Assembly (NCBI GenBank): GCA_012295275.1
Contig: CM022671.1
Span: 35,030,001 to 35,094,000, forward strand
DNA length: 64,000 nt
Origin: Chrysomallon squamiferum
Lineage: Eukaryota > Animalia > Mollusca
Direction: 5' to 3'
How positions within the stretch are numbered: position 1 is the first letter of the stretch; each line of letters starts with the position of its first letter. The position numbers were made by a program, and so were the translations under genes. The notes beneath the pieces were generated by a model, which was not told where the DNA came from, searched no databases, and was given only the letters and a program-made list of their open reading frames with translations. Positions 28,401 through 42,570 of the stretch are shown here, one piece after another.

Positions 28401-31031
28401 CCAGGCTCTCTGGCACAGACTCAAATGATGCAGATCGCTGAAGATGTTTCAACAAGACAGACACCAAATCGTTCTCCAGAAGAATATCGATGCTGTCATC
28501 ATCATAATGAAAACAGACCAGCCCGCTGATAATTCTGTCATGAACTGCAGAATAATAATCATCCTTTAAAGATCTGATAAACAGCTGAAGTCCTCCATGT
28601 TCTCGAATCTTTATTCTGTTCACTGCTTCCTTGCCACAAAGGCAGAGAGCGTTGACGACAGAAATTTTGTTGGTATGTTGGGATTCATCTTTGAGGAGTC
28701 TAATAAACAGAGGAATTCCGCCAGCAGCTCCTATAGAAGGTCTGACATCAGGAATGTCTGTGAGGTGAAGAAGTAGGGAAAGAGCATTGTGGAATGTGGT
28801 GGTGTCAGTGTTCTCAGCTAGCTTTACGAGTTCTTCAAGGATGTTGGCATCCAAAATCTGCTGAGCAAAACTTGCTGTACATCTAAAATAAATTTAAGAA
28901 CAAAAGGACACTTGTGAATTAAAACAGTGATATTAATTAAGAAAATAAATATGGTAAATTTTTTTTTTTAAATAATTAGTTACATTTTTTTAAATATAAA
29001 GACATTTTTTAATTGTTTTTAAAGTATGTTTAATGAAATTGATTTTTAAATAATTTTATAATTCAGTGAAACTTAAACACTTAAACACCCACAATTTAAA
29101 ATAATAATAAGAAAAATATTAATATAATAATAAGAAGAAATAAACTTAATAAATAAATAAAACTCTAAGACTATTTTTTCTTCTTCAATTTTTCAGTAAG
29201 ATTTAAAATATTTAAATAACTTACATATTTTAGTTTTAACAAGAAAAAAGAAAATTCTGATCTAGTGTTACCCTGATGTTGACAGTTCACACAGAGATCT
29301 TAGCGAAGATGTCAGCAATTGTGAATCTTCATTCTTCAGCTGCTTTGATAGTGGTAGAACAGCCCCATGATCAATCAACATCTTCCTCTCTGCTGATGTC
29401 TGGCCAAACAGTCTGTTGAAATAAATAAATATAATCTGATAACTTCAGTGATATCATTTTGTTGACAATTTTATCAATTCTGACTGTCTATCACTGCAAA
29501 AATATTGGATCTGTTATATAAATATAAATATATATATATATTTTTTTAAATGTGTTTTTTAATAATATAAATTACTTTTTGCCCAATGTTTTCCCTGGCA
29601 TAGTTGATTTTTAGAAAACGTTTTTGTATCCTACAACAAATACAAAACTGTAACACAGAAATACATAATAAAAAATATTTGTACCAATTCCTGTTTTAAA
29701 AATTTGTAAGTACATATTAACACAAAAATACTGTTAACGCTAAAAAAAGATCATATTTATTCAAATATTTTTCTCTATATTTTACCAGAATTTTAATATC
29801 AATGAAAATAATAACCATCTGCTACTGTGTGCATATTTAGAAGAGGACAGTCCCCACCACAATGCTGCACATTTGTCAGTTACATTGTGAGTTAACATGA
29901 CTTGCATTTCTCCACAATGGAGAAAATACCCCACACAGCCGACATTCATCTTTGAAAGTAAAACTAACTCATTTTAAACATGATATTACCTCAAAGCACG
30001 ACAGCTGACTGCGATTATATCTTTGTTGCTTGATTCCTGGAGGAGTTTAATAGCTTGAGGAAAGACGTCGCATTCTGAAATCACTTTGCAATTTCTTTTA
30101 TCAATCGCCATATTGGCCAAAACACGACAACTTCGCAGTTGTATGCTGCCAACACTGGACTTCAGAAAATGATTAGCTGAAACATTTAATATACACTGTG
30201 CCCAAGAAATGGAAGAAAAAGGATTTTATGGAAACAAAATCATAAAAATCCAAATTAAAACAGAAACATATGAATAGTTAAAGAATATAATTTAATAAAC
30301 ATTGTTTATAAATAAAATTATTTGTGTTAACATTTATTAAAATTGGAAAACAAAGTAATATCATTTACATTGTCACAGTGTCTGAGTGTGACAGTTTTTA
30401 TACATACCAACTATTTTAATCCCGTCTGCTTGACCAATCTGAAAGCAAAAATAAATAAATAAATAAATAAATAATGTTAATGTCAAGTCAAGTAAAACAT
30501 CAGCAAATAAAATTATATATTACTGAACATCTTTGCTGTCATTGTGCACTTACAGATCACTTAATGACTAACTATAATTATAATGATATATATCTATCAC
30601 ATGTTATTAATAAATAAATAAAATTTAAGTAGTTTAAACTTCTATTACATTTTATTACTTAACTTTATTATTTTTTGTTTATTTACTTATTTTTTAATTG
30701 CAATAAAATTTATGATAGATTTGCTAGAATATATATTTGACAGATTAAGTAAGGAACGTACTGCCTTTCTGGCGTGAACGTCCATGGCCAAGTTGCCCAA
30801 GATACTGAGGATGATATCGGCTGTTGACGTGTGTTCAGATTCGGGATCTTCCTTCCCAAGAAGTTCGACAACTTTCGGGATGATTGCCGCTGCCAGAACA
30901 TAAGCAACACCATTTTTATCTTTTGACACAAGCTTTCGAATGGTTACCAGTGCGTTGAAAATACGCCGACTGGAACCACACGAAAGAAGCTCTTTTAAAT
31001 TTGTAGACACAACTGCATTTTTGCTGCTCAT
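25474..31031 (-). CDS. ARMC5: Armadillo repeat-containing protein 5 (ARM repeats + C-terminal BTB/POZ; CUL3 adaptor), 6 exons, 1161 aa
   Basis: Minus-strand exons 31031-30762, 30438-30408, 30176-29990, 29412-29272, 28882-26819, 26266-25474 (3486 nt, GT-AG, phases consistent). N-terminal ARM repeats (ILSILGNLAM, RSCRVLANMA, NALCLCGKEAVNRIKIREHGGL) and a C-terminal BTB (RETLIKRSAVFSAMLEGHYTEANQSEISIP...LADQYLL) give the ARMC5 architecture. Confidence 0.88.
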
Positions 31032-32727
31032 TTGTTTGTCAAAAGGTACGGAAAAACAAAAAAAACAAAACACGGTCTATTCAGCTAGAATGATTACCGG
31101 TCACTATGTTAGGCACCGTAACATAGAAAATGCGCAGTCTGTTTCTTATTCTAACAAAAACTGTAGAATAAACAAATCCCAGCTTTGGGCGATGGTGAAA
31201 AAACATCAGTTTCAGATAAAAATGTAAAAAAAAAAAAAAAAAAAAAAAAATATTAATAATAATAATAATAATATTAATAAAAACAAATAAATAAAAGTTT
31301 TCAGTAAAATATATAATAACTGGGAAATGTACCTATGTTTAGCTCAATGATCATCATAATGATGAACAATCTTAACTAACTGTATTCAGTATTGTTTAAA
31401 AATAACACAATTGATAAATGCAACCAGAGCGATAACTGCAAATTTAGTGTTTACATCTTAACATCTTAAGAAGAAGAATGATTCTCACGTTTAATATAAG
31501 TTTAACTGCCTAACATAGTTGTTTGGATCATCTTTTTGGATCATTGTTTACAACAACAAATGTGCTAATCCATGTTCTCAGATAATGGCAACCCAATGAG
31601 CATACAGCCACATTTATACATTACTTCAGAAATCGGAGAATGATGTAGGGGAGATAAATCTTAAAATTTAATTTGGGTGGCAGTGATCGAATAGAGCAGT
31701 ATTCGAAAGTTATTATTTTCGAATGGTCACCTTATTAAGCAGCTGATTTTTATTTTAATAAAATTATTATATTGGTATGGGAAAACAACAACAAATAAAA
31801 CAAATAATAAAACAAACACAAACAAACCCAGTAATCTTTAAAATAAATAAAATTTAAAAAAATAATTATTATTATAATAAGAAGGACAACAGATTTAAGT
31901 CCAACCAAATTACGACTCTTTTCTTTCCGATAATCGTAGTTTGGAAACACAAATAATATATTTATTGATGGACACTTTCAAAACAGATTTTTTTTTTTTT
32001 TTTAATGAAGTAAAGAAATAAAAAGTTTTAGTTCTGATAAATATCTTTCAATATCTTTAGATAAATATTTAACTGTTTTTGCTTATCTCCGCATGAATGA
32101 AATACAGTTATTATTCCCGAATATATTGTAAAAACGATTCTGTTGATTACTGTTGTTGTTATTGTTGTTGTTTTATTTTCTCACAGTTTTGGAAACGCGA
32201 TGGTAATCTTAGTAGTTTTAATACATATATATATATATATAAACTGTTAAAATTCTTTTTTTTATTAAATACCTTCTCAGTCTTTTCTTTTTACATTACT
32301 ACTACTATTGTTTTTCTATTTTATATTCTATTCTTTCTTTTTTTTTCTTTTTTTAAATATGTCTCGCTATCTCTAAGCCCTTAATATATATTCCTTTTTC
32401 ACTGTGTATCGAATCAACAACTTATATATATATATACATACACACACACACACATACACACATATACATACACACACATGTAAACACATACATATGTTCC
32501 ATTATTTTTATTACCATAACTACTATTACTGTTTATTTATTTATTTATTTTTATCGACATAATTTTTATTTTTATGTCCACCAACCACTGTTGCCTAATA
32601 CGACGCGTGTGTCGGACACTTCACCTCCAAATCGAGTGCACAAATACCATTCGTGGCGATTTCCTGGCTAATACCAACACCAGGTCATCTTACTCTGTCA
32701 CGGCTGACCGGGCTGGTCATCTGGCGT

Positions 32728-32744
32728 TGACCTTACACTGACCT
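32728..32744 (-). promoter_or_regulatory. Perfect DR5 nuclear-receptor element (RARE-type) TGACCT-tacac-TGACCT
   Basis: Two exact AGGTCA half-sites spaced by 5 nt, inside a CpG-containing island with further half-sites (AGGTCA 32682, TGACCG 32705, TGGTCA 32714). Confidence 0.6.
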
Positions 32745-33839
32745 TTGACAGCGCGAGACCGGTATGCCAGCTGATGCGCGAAAGAGTTTTGATCTAAGTG
32801 TCAAATTCAACAACGAAGAAACATGTTCAAGCAGAAATTTTGTCACGGCCTGTAGAAAACTGTGCCTCGGGCATAATATGCTGTAGGAACAAATCTTCTA
32901 GGCGGGGCCATTTGGTCTACTCCATATTTCAGATCTTTCTGAACGATATGTACAACAGGTAAATATTTAAGACCCTGATATCTTTGAAGGGATACTTACA
33001 TGTTTAAAACATCATTTAGTCACAAAAGATTTGAATTTTTGTGATACGTGTACATATGAATGCAAACAGCACGCGATGAATGAATCTGTGTACAACTACC
33101 AATACACACTTGTCACTTCATACCTGCTAATGTTAAGATCTCATACAACGCTTTTATGGTAAGGTGTACGTACATATATTAATTCTGCACCTGCAAGATG
33201 CACGTTTAAAGTAATTCTGTCGATAAAATATTTTTATATTGCATTAAAGAACATAGTTACAAAAAATTAACGTTTCTCTTTAATAAATAAATAAATAAAT
33301 AAATAATGATACACAATGCAGACCGTTACTGCTATTAAAACATTTTACATCAAAATACGAATATAAATAAAATTATTATTATTATTATTATTATTAAAAA
33401 TAAGCTTTAGTCAAATTCCTTGTTGACATATAAGACTGTTCTCCCATAACATAACTCCTTAAGTAACGATGGCGCTTATGAACGCAGTATTTAATTCATT
33501 TTCTTAAATATCTTGTTCATAGAGGCTTCCTCAAAAGAGCTTTTTAAAATATATATTCCTTCAGAACATATATATCTTAGTCTTGATAACAAATGTTCTT
33601 ACATATTCCTTATTAATATATATATATTTTTTTTTTTTTTTCTTACTCCCCAGAATACTTTGAACCAGCTTGTCGTCATACACTCCATTAGGTCATGTGG
33701 GTTATTATAAACTCGTTTATAACAACGTAATCCTAGTCTCGATAACAGCTTATTTATCGCATGCTTCTTACATTGTCCTTTGAAACGTCTTGATCTTATA
33801 CACCCATTCTTGATACTTCGCTGATACGGACATTTTCAT

Positions 33840-34480
33840 AACATACTCAGTAACAACTTGTTCTCGCGTATTCCTTCCTAACATCTCGTTCTTACAAGTT
33901 GCTTCAAAACATGACATAAGAATGTTGTAACATCATGTTCTCACAACTTCATTCATAACATCTCCTTTTTACTAGAGCGGTCATAATATCTTGTTCTCAC
34001 ATATATCATGATGTTTGTGTTAAGCTTCTCTATAACATCATGTTCTGAAATATTTCCTTCGTTGTTTGTCATAACCACATTTATAACATCTTGTTCTTAC
34101 ATCTCCTTTATAACATCATGTTCTTATATCTCCTTTATAACATCTTGTTCTTACATCTCCTTTATAACATCATGTTCTGACATCTCCTTAAAAGAATCTT
34201 GTTCTAACATCTTTATAACATCATGTTCTTAATTCTCCTTCATAACATCATGTTCTGACATCTCCTTAAAAGAATCTTGTTCTAACATCTTTATAACATC
34301 ATGTTCTTACTTCCTCCTTCATAACATCTCATTCTTATATCTCCTTTGTAACATGTTGTTCTTACAACTCCTTCATAACATGTTCTTACATCGCCTTCAT
34401 AATATCTTGTTCTTACATCTTCTTTGTAACATCTTGTTCTTGTATCTCCTTAAAAGCATCTGGTTTTTATATCTCCTTTA
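33840..34480. repeat. ~27-bp minisatellite (TATAACATCTTGTTCTTACATCTCCTT-like), left part
   Basis: Tandem copies are directly visible, e.g. 34082-34190; the array degenerates leftwards. Confidence 0.9.
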
Positions 34481-34622
34481 GGCTTTGTCCCATATGGTAG
34501 AATCCCATTTCGTAGAAAGGCTAAATGTGGTTCAGTGGTCTTATTGACATGCTTGGTTTTACCTCAGTCATTATAATGAACTGCTCCAGATTATTTGGAA
34601 AGCGATTATTATTGTATAAATA

Positions 34623-35287
34623 CAGTAATATCTCGCTTAACGATATCACACTTTAACAATCTTTCTTCTTTACAAATTATATAAATAGAAATTTAATTTA
34701 ATAGTTAATTGCTCGAAATAAATGATACAAATGTATACAGTGCATGTTTTTAAGTCCGTTTTCTTTAATTTTTCGTCCATTCACGAGCTTCGCTCAGCTG
34801 TGTTGATCAGTTGATATGTCATACGTGCAACTGATATTCTGATTCTCTTTTGTCTTCTGCTTCGATTTAGACTTAAACTTGTTTGGAATTTACCCCTCCA
34901 ATATGTCAAAACGAATAACATGATACCGGAAAATGCTGATGATAAAAAGAAACTGAAGACAATAACTTTAAAAACAAAATACAATATCTTAAATGAAACC
35001 AAACCCACAATGAGCGGCATATAATTATTTCTTAATGTATTTGTATAAATTGATTTGTAAATGATTTACTGTTTACTTAATATCTACAATCTATTAAATC
35101 ATTTATGTCTAAACTGCCGTTTTATTTCTCCTTATTTCACCTTTTTTTTTATGTCAGATCTCATCAGCAAGAAAGTAACCACTGCTTTTAACCTTAATTT
35201 TATGTAAATTAGTCTCTCGCTTAATGATACCTCACTTCACTATAGAAAATTTGGAACCAATTACATCTTTAATCTGAGGTATTATTG
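34623..35287. mobile_element. Nested pogo/Tigger-like (Tc1/mariner superfamily) non-autonomous element/MITE
   Basis: TA on both flanks (34621-34622, 35288-35289). TIR CAGTAATATCTCGCTTAACGATAT vs reverse-complement CAATAATACCTCAGATTAAAGATGT. A subterminal CTCGCTTAA(C/T)GATA copy recurs at ~35216. Confidence 0.6.
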
Positions 35288-35422
35288 TAGTATGGATATC
35301 GCTTATCACATAAAATATGCAAATATGACAAATATCGAAATAATCCATGTATCGAATGTAGTGAATATAAATAATTAAAACAGAAGGTATTCATCTAAAC
35401 AAATTTATTTTCCAAAAAGCTA

Positions 35423-36787
35423 TCAATGCAACTTCATGAGGTGACCAATGGCGTCCAGGTACTGCATGGGTGTCTTGGTTATGTCAGTCAGCTGCTGCTT
35501 GAGTCGACTGACTCTGTTGTCAAGATCACGATAGACTCTCTTCCTTGGTGGTGGCGCAGCCCCAGCATTCAACTGCACCAGCTTCGCTCTTTCGCATTTT
35601 TCAATGCCCTTTATCAAATCAACAAATCTGTAGATGTTCGGATGTCGATGACGAAGCATCCTGTTGACCCGCGAATGGAAGCCTTCCAGATTGTTGTTCG
35701 TTCTTGGGCCAGCATTGGTGAAATGATTCCACACGACAAGAGGAAATCGTGCATCATCATCCACCCATGTTTTCACTACATAATCGTTGAATTCTGCAGC
35801 TCTGGGTAATGCTGGGGTGGTTTCCATTGCACCCAATCATGTTGTGGACCTCGATGATCGGAAGTAGTGGCAGACCAGCAGCTCTTCTCACCCAGGTTTT
35901 CACGGCATTATCGTTCTTATACTGTTCGGCTAGGCCTATCTGTTGGATCTTGCGCCAAATGGCCTGTGTGTAGTGGAACATGCAGCCTTTGATATCTGCA
36001 TTAGGAAACGACTGCACGGATAGCTGCCATTTCAAAGTCTGTTTGTACACAAGTGGGATCCAATACTCGACTGAACAGGCGCTGAACGTGGGTCTTCGGG
36101 TTCTCAAACAGACGGACGTAGTTGGTATCTGTCGGTCTGGAAGCAAGGCATACACCAGTGGGTAGGTCGTGTCATCTTTACGAGCATGCAGAATGTAGAG
36201 TTGGTTCCAGAGATGTGGACAGCAGGAGAATGTACCATCCATATATAGATTTTGTCCGCTTCTTGGAGAAGCCTCAGTTGATTTTCTGTAGAGAAGTCAA
36301 CCATCTTATCTGCGTCACCATCACTGAATAGCAAAAATCTCTTGCCGTCATGTGTTTGCGACCACGGACCCTGCAGATCGACGTCTTGGAATGTCTGTGG
36401 GAGAGTAGGCATCATGGTTCGTCGCTGTCGATACATTGAACTCTTGAGGCTGGGAAAAGTGGGGATTTCAGGGATGTCTTCATCATCTTTCTTCATTAGC
36501 TCGGAATTGAAGATCTGTTGCATAGGTGTTGTTTCGGATCGTGGTCTCTTTCTCATTGTACTAATGAACTTGATGGTAGTTGCAATATTTGGAGGATGGT
36601 CATGACCGAAGCTGTTTTTAACAAAACCAGCAACTGTGGTGATCTTGCCGACACAGGGTCTGTTGGTGCATCTCCAGTACTGGGTTTCTTCGTTAATACA
36701 ATTTTGACTGTACGTATAACCATCTAACAGAATGTGTTGTTTTCCATGACTTGACAGTACAAATTCAACCTTGCGTAAACCTGCCAT
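35423..36787 (-). pseudogene. FLYWCH-MULE transposase pseudogene (at least 4 frameshifts)
   Basis: FLYWCH zinc finger (LLDGYTY...YWRC...C...HDH), DDE pieces MDGTF / QTDFE (frame-shifted at ~36010-36120) / RTNNNLEGFH, and the CxxH motif GCMFHY. These are split across frames near 36245, 36125, 36010 and 35840. Confidence 0.9.
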
Positions 36788-38446
36788 TGTCACTAAGTTA
36801 GCTGAATCTATATAACGTCTGTCCTGTACGAGTTTAAAACTGATCTTCTCCAACCAAAACGCAACCTCTCCTTTTATTGCCTAGAAAAGACCACTTAGGG
36901 ATCTCTTTAACATTCCTGTCCAGGGAGTGGTGCCAAGATTGTTTGGAACTTTAGCAGACACGCAGGCGACAGAGGGTCCCCAAAACAACATTTCGCCATC
37001 ACTTATATAATTTTTAAGGAATCTAACATCAATTACCTATTAAAATGAGACAGTTGTCTCTGTGACACTTGGCTTATATAATTCTTAAGAGAAGGCAGGT
37101 TGTCTCAGTCACAATACTCCAGAGGCCATGGAGAACATATATTTGTAAATAAACCATTGAAAGTTTTATAAACAGTTTTATTCACAAAACACCATGGAAA
37201 AACCATGAAAAATATGAAGTCTACTTCCCATTACTCTGTCTTCATTCTGCAGTGATAACATTACAGCAAGAAGCGATTCAGGTTTGAAACGAACGATGTG
37301 CAGACATTGTTATATAATGGCAGGACACGTAAAATAATAACTGATATCACACACAACTTTATTCCATATCACAAATATTAACAATACCTCTTTCATCTCG
37401 ATTCAGATAATTGTGTGTTCCTGTATGATGAATAAATCCAAGTGCAAATATTAAAATAAAACTGTCCAGGCCTAAGGACAACGTGTTTAGTACAAAAAAT
37501 AAAAAATAAATAAAACTGAAAAAGTAATAATAAAAAAAAGTATTCCCAATGATTTGGTCCTTCATATAAACGTTTTCAGTCATAGCTAAAGTATTTGCAG
37601 TTCATAATATATTTAGTATACATACTATTAATATACTATGTCACATATATTGTATAATATGTGCACAATGTGAATATGTATGTGTGCATAACGTAAATAT
37701 GATCAGTAACAGATATCTTGAACATGTTTAAGTTGAATATGGTTGAATTCGAACAGTTAATGATAGATGTAACATTCACATATTCTATTTACTGAATATA
37801 AGTAAATTACTCGTATGTAAAATATGTTAGTTATTTATAATATTTTTGTCGTTTTCTTTTACAGAAGCAAGCCATAAGCATTAATAAAAACACATCATGC
37901 CGCTTTTTACTTTTCTTTTATATATTTATTTATTTTTTAATAGATAGATGAAATTGATGTAAAATTGTTTATTATTGGTCGCTTGTTTTGTAACGGAAAG
38001 GAAATGTTCATGAATTAGAAATGACCACCTTAAATTATAATAATAATAATAATAATAATAGTAACAGTAATTATAATAATAAGAATAAGAAGAATAACAA
38101 TAAAATTATAATAACAACAATAATAATAGTAATAATATTATAATAATAATAATAATGTTGATGATGGTAATTATGATGATGATAATGAAAAGGAGGAAGA
38201 TGATGAAATGATGAAAAAGTAACAAATCAACAACAAATGAGTTGTGAATGCTTATTCTGCTTTCGGTTGATGTTACATAATCGATTTAGGAACAATGCGC
38301 TCCGCCTCTGAATGTTAGAAAGAAACCAGATGTATGAACAGGCCAAGTTCATTATATACAGAGGTAATCAGGAATTGCGGTAAACCAGCTTTTTCTACGA
38401 AATGGGAATTATACGAACTGGGAATTCTACCAGATGTGAAGACACC

Positions 38447-38650
38447 CTCCTTTATATCATCTTGTTCTTATATCTCCTTAAAAGCATCTTGTTCTTACAT
38501 CTCCTTATATCATGATTTTGTTCTTATATCTCCTTAAGAGCATCTTGTTTTTATATCTCCTTTATAATCATCTTGTTCTGACACACTCCTTCATTTCATC
38601 ATGCTCACATCTATTCCTTTATGCCATCTCGTTCTTAAAGGCATCGTTAC
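38447..38650. repeat. Same ~27-bp minisatellite, right part (array split by the MULE insertion)
   Basis: CATCTTGTTCTTATATCTCCTT units resume immediately after the right TIR. Confidence 0.85.
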
Positions 38651-38810
38651 AACATTTTGTACATTTTTTTCTTTTTTACAACGGCTCGTCTGAATGACGC
38701 ATTTGGCCGATGTCTCGCTAATCAGCAACAGGCTGTGTACACAGATACACCTTGTTTACTTGTTCCAGTGTCGGAGTAACACACATTACACTTGTTGATA
38801 TTGAGGTTAT

Positions 38811-38905
38811 CTGCCAGTACAGTCCTGCCAGTACAGTCCTGCCAGTACAGTCCTGCCAGTATAGTCCTGACAGTATAGTACAGTCAGTATAGTCCTGCCA
38901 GTATA
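38811..38905. repeat. 14-bp tandem repeat (CTGCCAGTACAGTC)n
   Basis: About 6-7 copies, the first three near-perfect. Confidence 0.9.
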
Positions 38906-39742
38906 ATACTAAGCCAGTAAGCCAAACATTAAAAGCCACGGAAGGCGTTGTATTGTTGTCTGTTAAAAGTATACATCAAACACACATTCAGGTGAGTGAA
39001 AACATATCTGATATCCATATACGCGTCTGCCTGTAAGAAAAATAAACTTCTATTTCAGTTTAACTTGGATTAACATTACTGTTTATACATTAACTTTAAA
39101 TAATAAACTTAACAATAAATAACAACACAAGTTAACATTTTAAAACTTTTATTTGACAATGTGACAGAAACACCAACATTTTTTTCTTCTTTTCTTTCTT
39201 TTTTTTTTTTTTGTAATTTTTTTAATGTTTTTTTTTTATATATATATATATATATATATATTTATTTTTTTTTTAAACATACGCTACTCCATTTATTAAC
39301 CACATATATAATACAATATGGTATTCGCCTATTTAAAAAAGAAATACCATACAATACTCAGTAATAACATTTTAAAAACATACTCAAAATAACACAAACA
39401 TACATGAATACTGATAATGCTGTAGTCGAATTAATAAAACAAAACAAAAAACAAACAAACACAACACATCCATCTTAAACTAACATTCAATTGACACTTC
39501 AGCAAAAACTGTCTTGTTTATTATTCATTTGTGTCTGTTTTCAGTCCGCTGAGTTTTACATTTGATAGTGACCGTAATATGGATGGTGAAAACAGAATGA
39601 ATTTTTTAAGATCTCATATATATATATATTCTTTTAGAGATGTAAATTTATCTGCAACTGAACAGTTTACTTGCTTTGGCTGCAGGTGTAACTGATCCCT
39701 GGGTCAGAGTTACAATGACTGACTACACTTTTGGAGGGGGGA

Positions 39743-39781
<39 letters not shown>

Positions 39782-41650
39782 TCAAGTGCATATATGTAAA
39801 AGAAAGAACGAAAAAAACGAACGACATCATGAATATATCTTTCAGTCATAATTAATAATATACGCCATTCAGTCAATGAACTACGTAATTCACTGAATAA
39901 CATACGTCAGTCATATAATGAATACCATGTCACACAATCAGTAACATGTCATCCATTAATAAAAACACTGTCAATAACATATATCACCAGTGAGTAATAT
40001 ACGCCACGTCATAAAGTCAGTAACAATGTTTACGTCGCACTTTTAACCTGGAAACAGTTTATCAGGGGTGGGTTTAAATACACGCTGAACGACGGCTAGT
40101 AACCTGAGTTTGAAACAGATAATATTTGTTAAACATGGTTTCTATATCTGGTCTTCAGCTTACAGAAGCAACCTGAGGCAGTGATTAAGCTGTATTCTCT
40201 AATTATTGCCAGTCAGGGCTTGTACAGCTTCCCTCAACCAGCAGCTTGTAACTCAAGAGATACGTTTTGGTTACTTTTGAGCCTCTGTACGTAATAACTG
40301 CCAGACTGGACTTCTTAAAGCTTAGGTCTTGACATCGAATATCTAAATGCCTTGTATAAATAATCATTAATTTGTATATGCTAGTGTAAGCACAGGGTCA
40401 AACCTGCGAATATTTATTAATTAATATAGTAAAGATACAAATTAAAAAAAAAATAATAATAATAATATATAATAATAATAAATTATTGGTTGTAAACATA
40501 AATTCATCTACATCAACTTTTTTCTTCTTTATAAAGATAGAAACAGAGAAAAAAGTTTAACTTAAATTTCAATACAAATTTATAATTACCATTTTCATTT
40601 ATTATTATTATTATTATTTTAAAATTATTATATACAAGTTTCTGCTGAAATGATATCAATAATAGGTTGTATTAATGCTATTATGATACCAGTTCATCAT
40701 TGTTCTTTGGTTGTGTATGTGCGTATGTGCGGGTATATGTCACAGAGCTGCGGCAAGACAGTTTTGGCAAAGAAAGAAAGAAAAAATAATAACAAAAATA
40801 ATAATAAAGAAAGAAAGAAAAAAAAAAAAACTTGGCAAGAAATTGGCATGAAAAATAACAATGGCAAACATCTTTCTTGTTCAAAATAATAATAAAAATA
40901 GTAATATAATTCACTTGAAACTCCTCACACAAAACAAATCTTAAAACATTATCACTGCTAATTACACTTAAATAAAACATTGCCTCCAGCTGAATAAAAC
41001 GTCAAATTTAATAACTTATATATACATACCAATTTAACAATTGTTATCTGGACTGGATTTTAGCAAGAGATAATGAAAACTGCTGCCAAGGAGCCTACAA
41101 AGCCAAAGGGGTCTTTTGGAATTTTAGTTCCGATGGTAACATATGATGTCATCTGATACGAATTCAGTAGTACTGTTATATGACGTCATGTAACATTAAC
41201 ACAATTTGTACGAACATGACTTCGACTGATTTACATAAATATAAAACAATCACAGTGCCGTTGAAAATCGATGATGTGCTTGAACAATAATAACATACAA
41301 TTATCATAAATTATTTATGTGATCTAGTATAAGTGTACATCGTAAAAACTTTTAGTACTATTTTAAAACATAATAAAATAATTTAAATATTATTCTAAAT
41401 TTAGGTTGCTTTAAATAAGCACTGAGTATTGTTTTTAACAAGTTTCGAACAATAAACCGGTATCAGCGGGGTAACTGTAGAAGCTGAATGATAATTTGTA
41501 TTGCCACTATAAATTAAATCATAGATTTTTATACTTTTCTTTTTTCAAACAAAATGCATTTGAATGAGGATGATCAAATTTGATTTTAAGTTTTATTTAC
41601 TTGCTACTTTTTTTCTTTCTTATATCGTATTATTATTTTGCTAATGGATT

Positions 41651-41696
<46 letters not shown>

Positions 41697-41720
41697 AATT
41701 TAAAAATTTAAAAATTAAAA

Positions 41721-41761
<41 letters not shown>

Positions 41762-42365
41762 CCCACAGAATTGCCTTGTTTGGAAAGGGATGGCTAAAAA
41801 TTTAGGATCAAATTATAATGGCATAAATAATTTTTGTTATGTTTTTTTTTTTTTTTTTTTTTTTTTTTTCGACACTGGAGAAAATTGGTACTGTACTGAG
41901 TTACTGGTGGTATTTATCAGTTAAATTTGTCATCGATAAGCCAGTTTTGGTAGCCATTTTTCCCCCTTCAGATCCATCACAGTGCCGCTTGTAACTTCCA
42001 GTTTAAATTTTAACGTACTATTCTATACCAAGCCATCTTCGCAGGCTAAACCACAACTCTGTGCAGTATCCTACCAAGGTACCAGAGGAAAGATACTAAT
42101 GCTATGCCACGTCGACTTTCGAAGATGGTGTCAGATGTATCCAGATGTGATGTGCGCACCGGAAAAAAGGAAAACACAAACACAGAAGAGCTGTCAGCAA
42201 CCAATGACGTGATGTCAGCTTCGTGACGTGTGAAGACGAATAATGATGGAATTCAATCTCTGTTTGTTAGCGGAGAATCCACACCATGACCACTCCGCCA
42301 CCGGTATATCAACAAATAACTGATTAATCAATCTGATACTTCCACACTGATAACATCTACGACAT

Positions 42366-42400
<35 letters not shown>

Positions 42401-42530
42401 TTATAATAATGATAATAATAATAATTTTGAACATACGAAATATAATGAGACTTTATTTCATAATGAAAACCGTATTACTAAATTGACCATTTATTTGATA
42501 TTAATAATGATAATAATAAAATAAACGAAA

Positions 42531-42570
<40 letters not shown>

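Larger units (their letters stand above)
34481..38446 (-). mobile_element. Mutator-like (MULE) DNA transposon, decayed full-length copy (~3.97 kb)
   Basis: Imperfect TIRs: left GGCTTTGTCCCATATGGTAGAATCCCATTTCGTAGAAAGGCT; right reverse-complement GGTGTCTTCACATCTGGTAGAATTCCCAGTTCGTATAATTCCCATTTCGTAGAAAAAGCT. Flanked by CTCCTTTA at 34473-34480 and 38447-38454. Contains an internal FLYWCH-MULE transposase remnant. Confidence 0.88.

Noticed and set aside
33840-34480. 27-bp repeats as a CRISPR array; ORF 34008-34232 (ITSCSYISF repeats)
   Set aside because: The units are head-to-tail with no unique spacers, there are no cas genes and the context is eukaryotic; the ORF is a by-product of the repeat.
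35757-36853. Programmed frameshifting producing an active transposase
   Set aside because: At least four frame changes plus a nested insertion indicate decay.
38718-38939. ORF with LYWQD repeats
   Set aside because: It is a translation of the 14-bp tandem repeat, with no splice or homology support.
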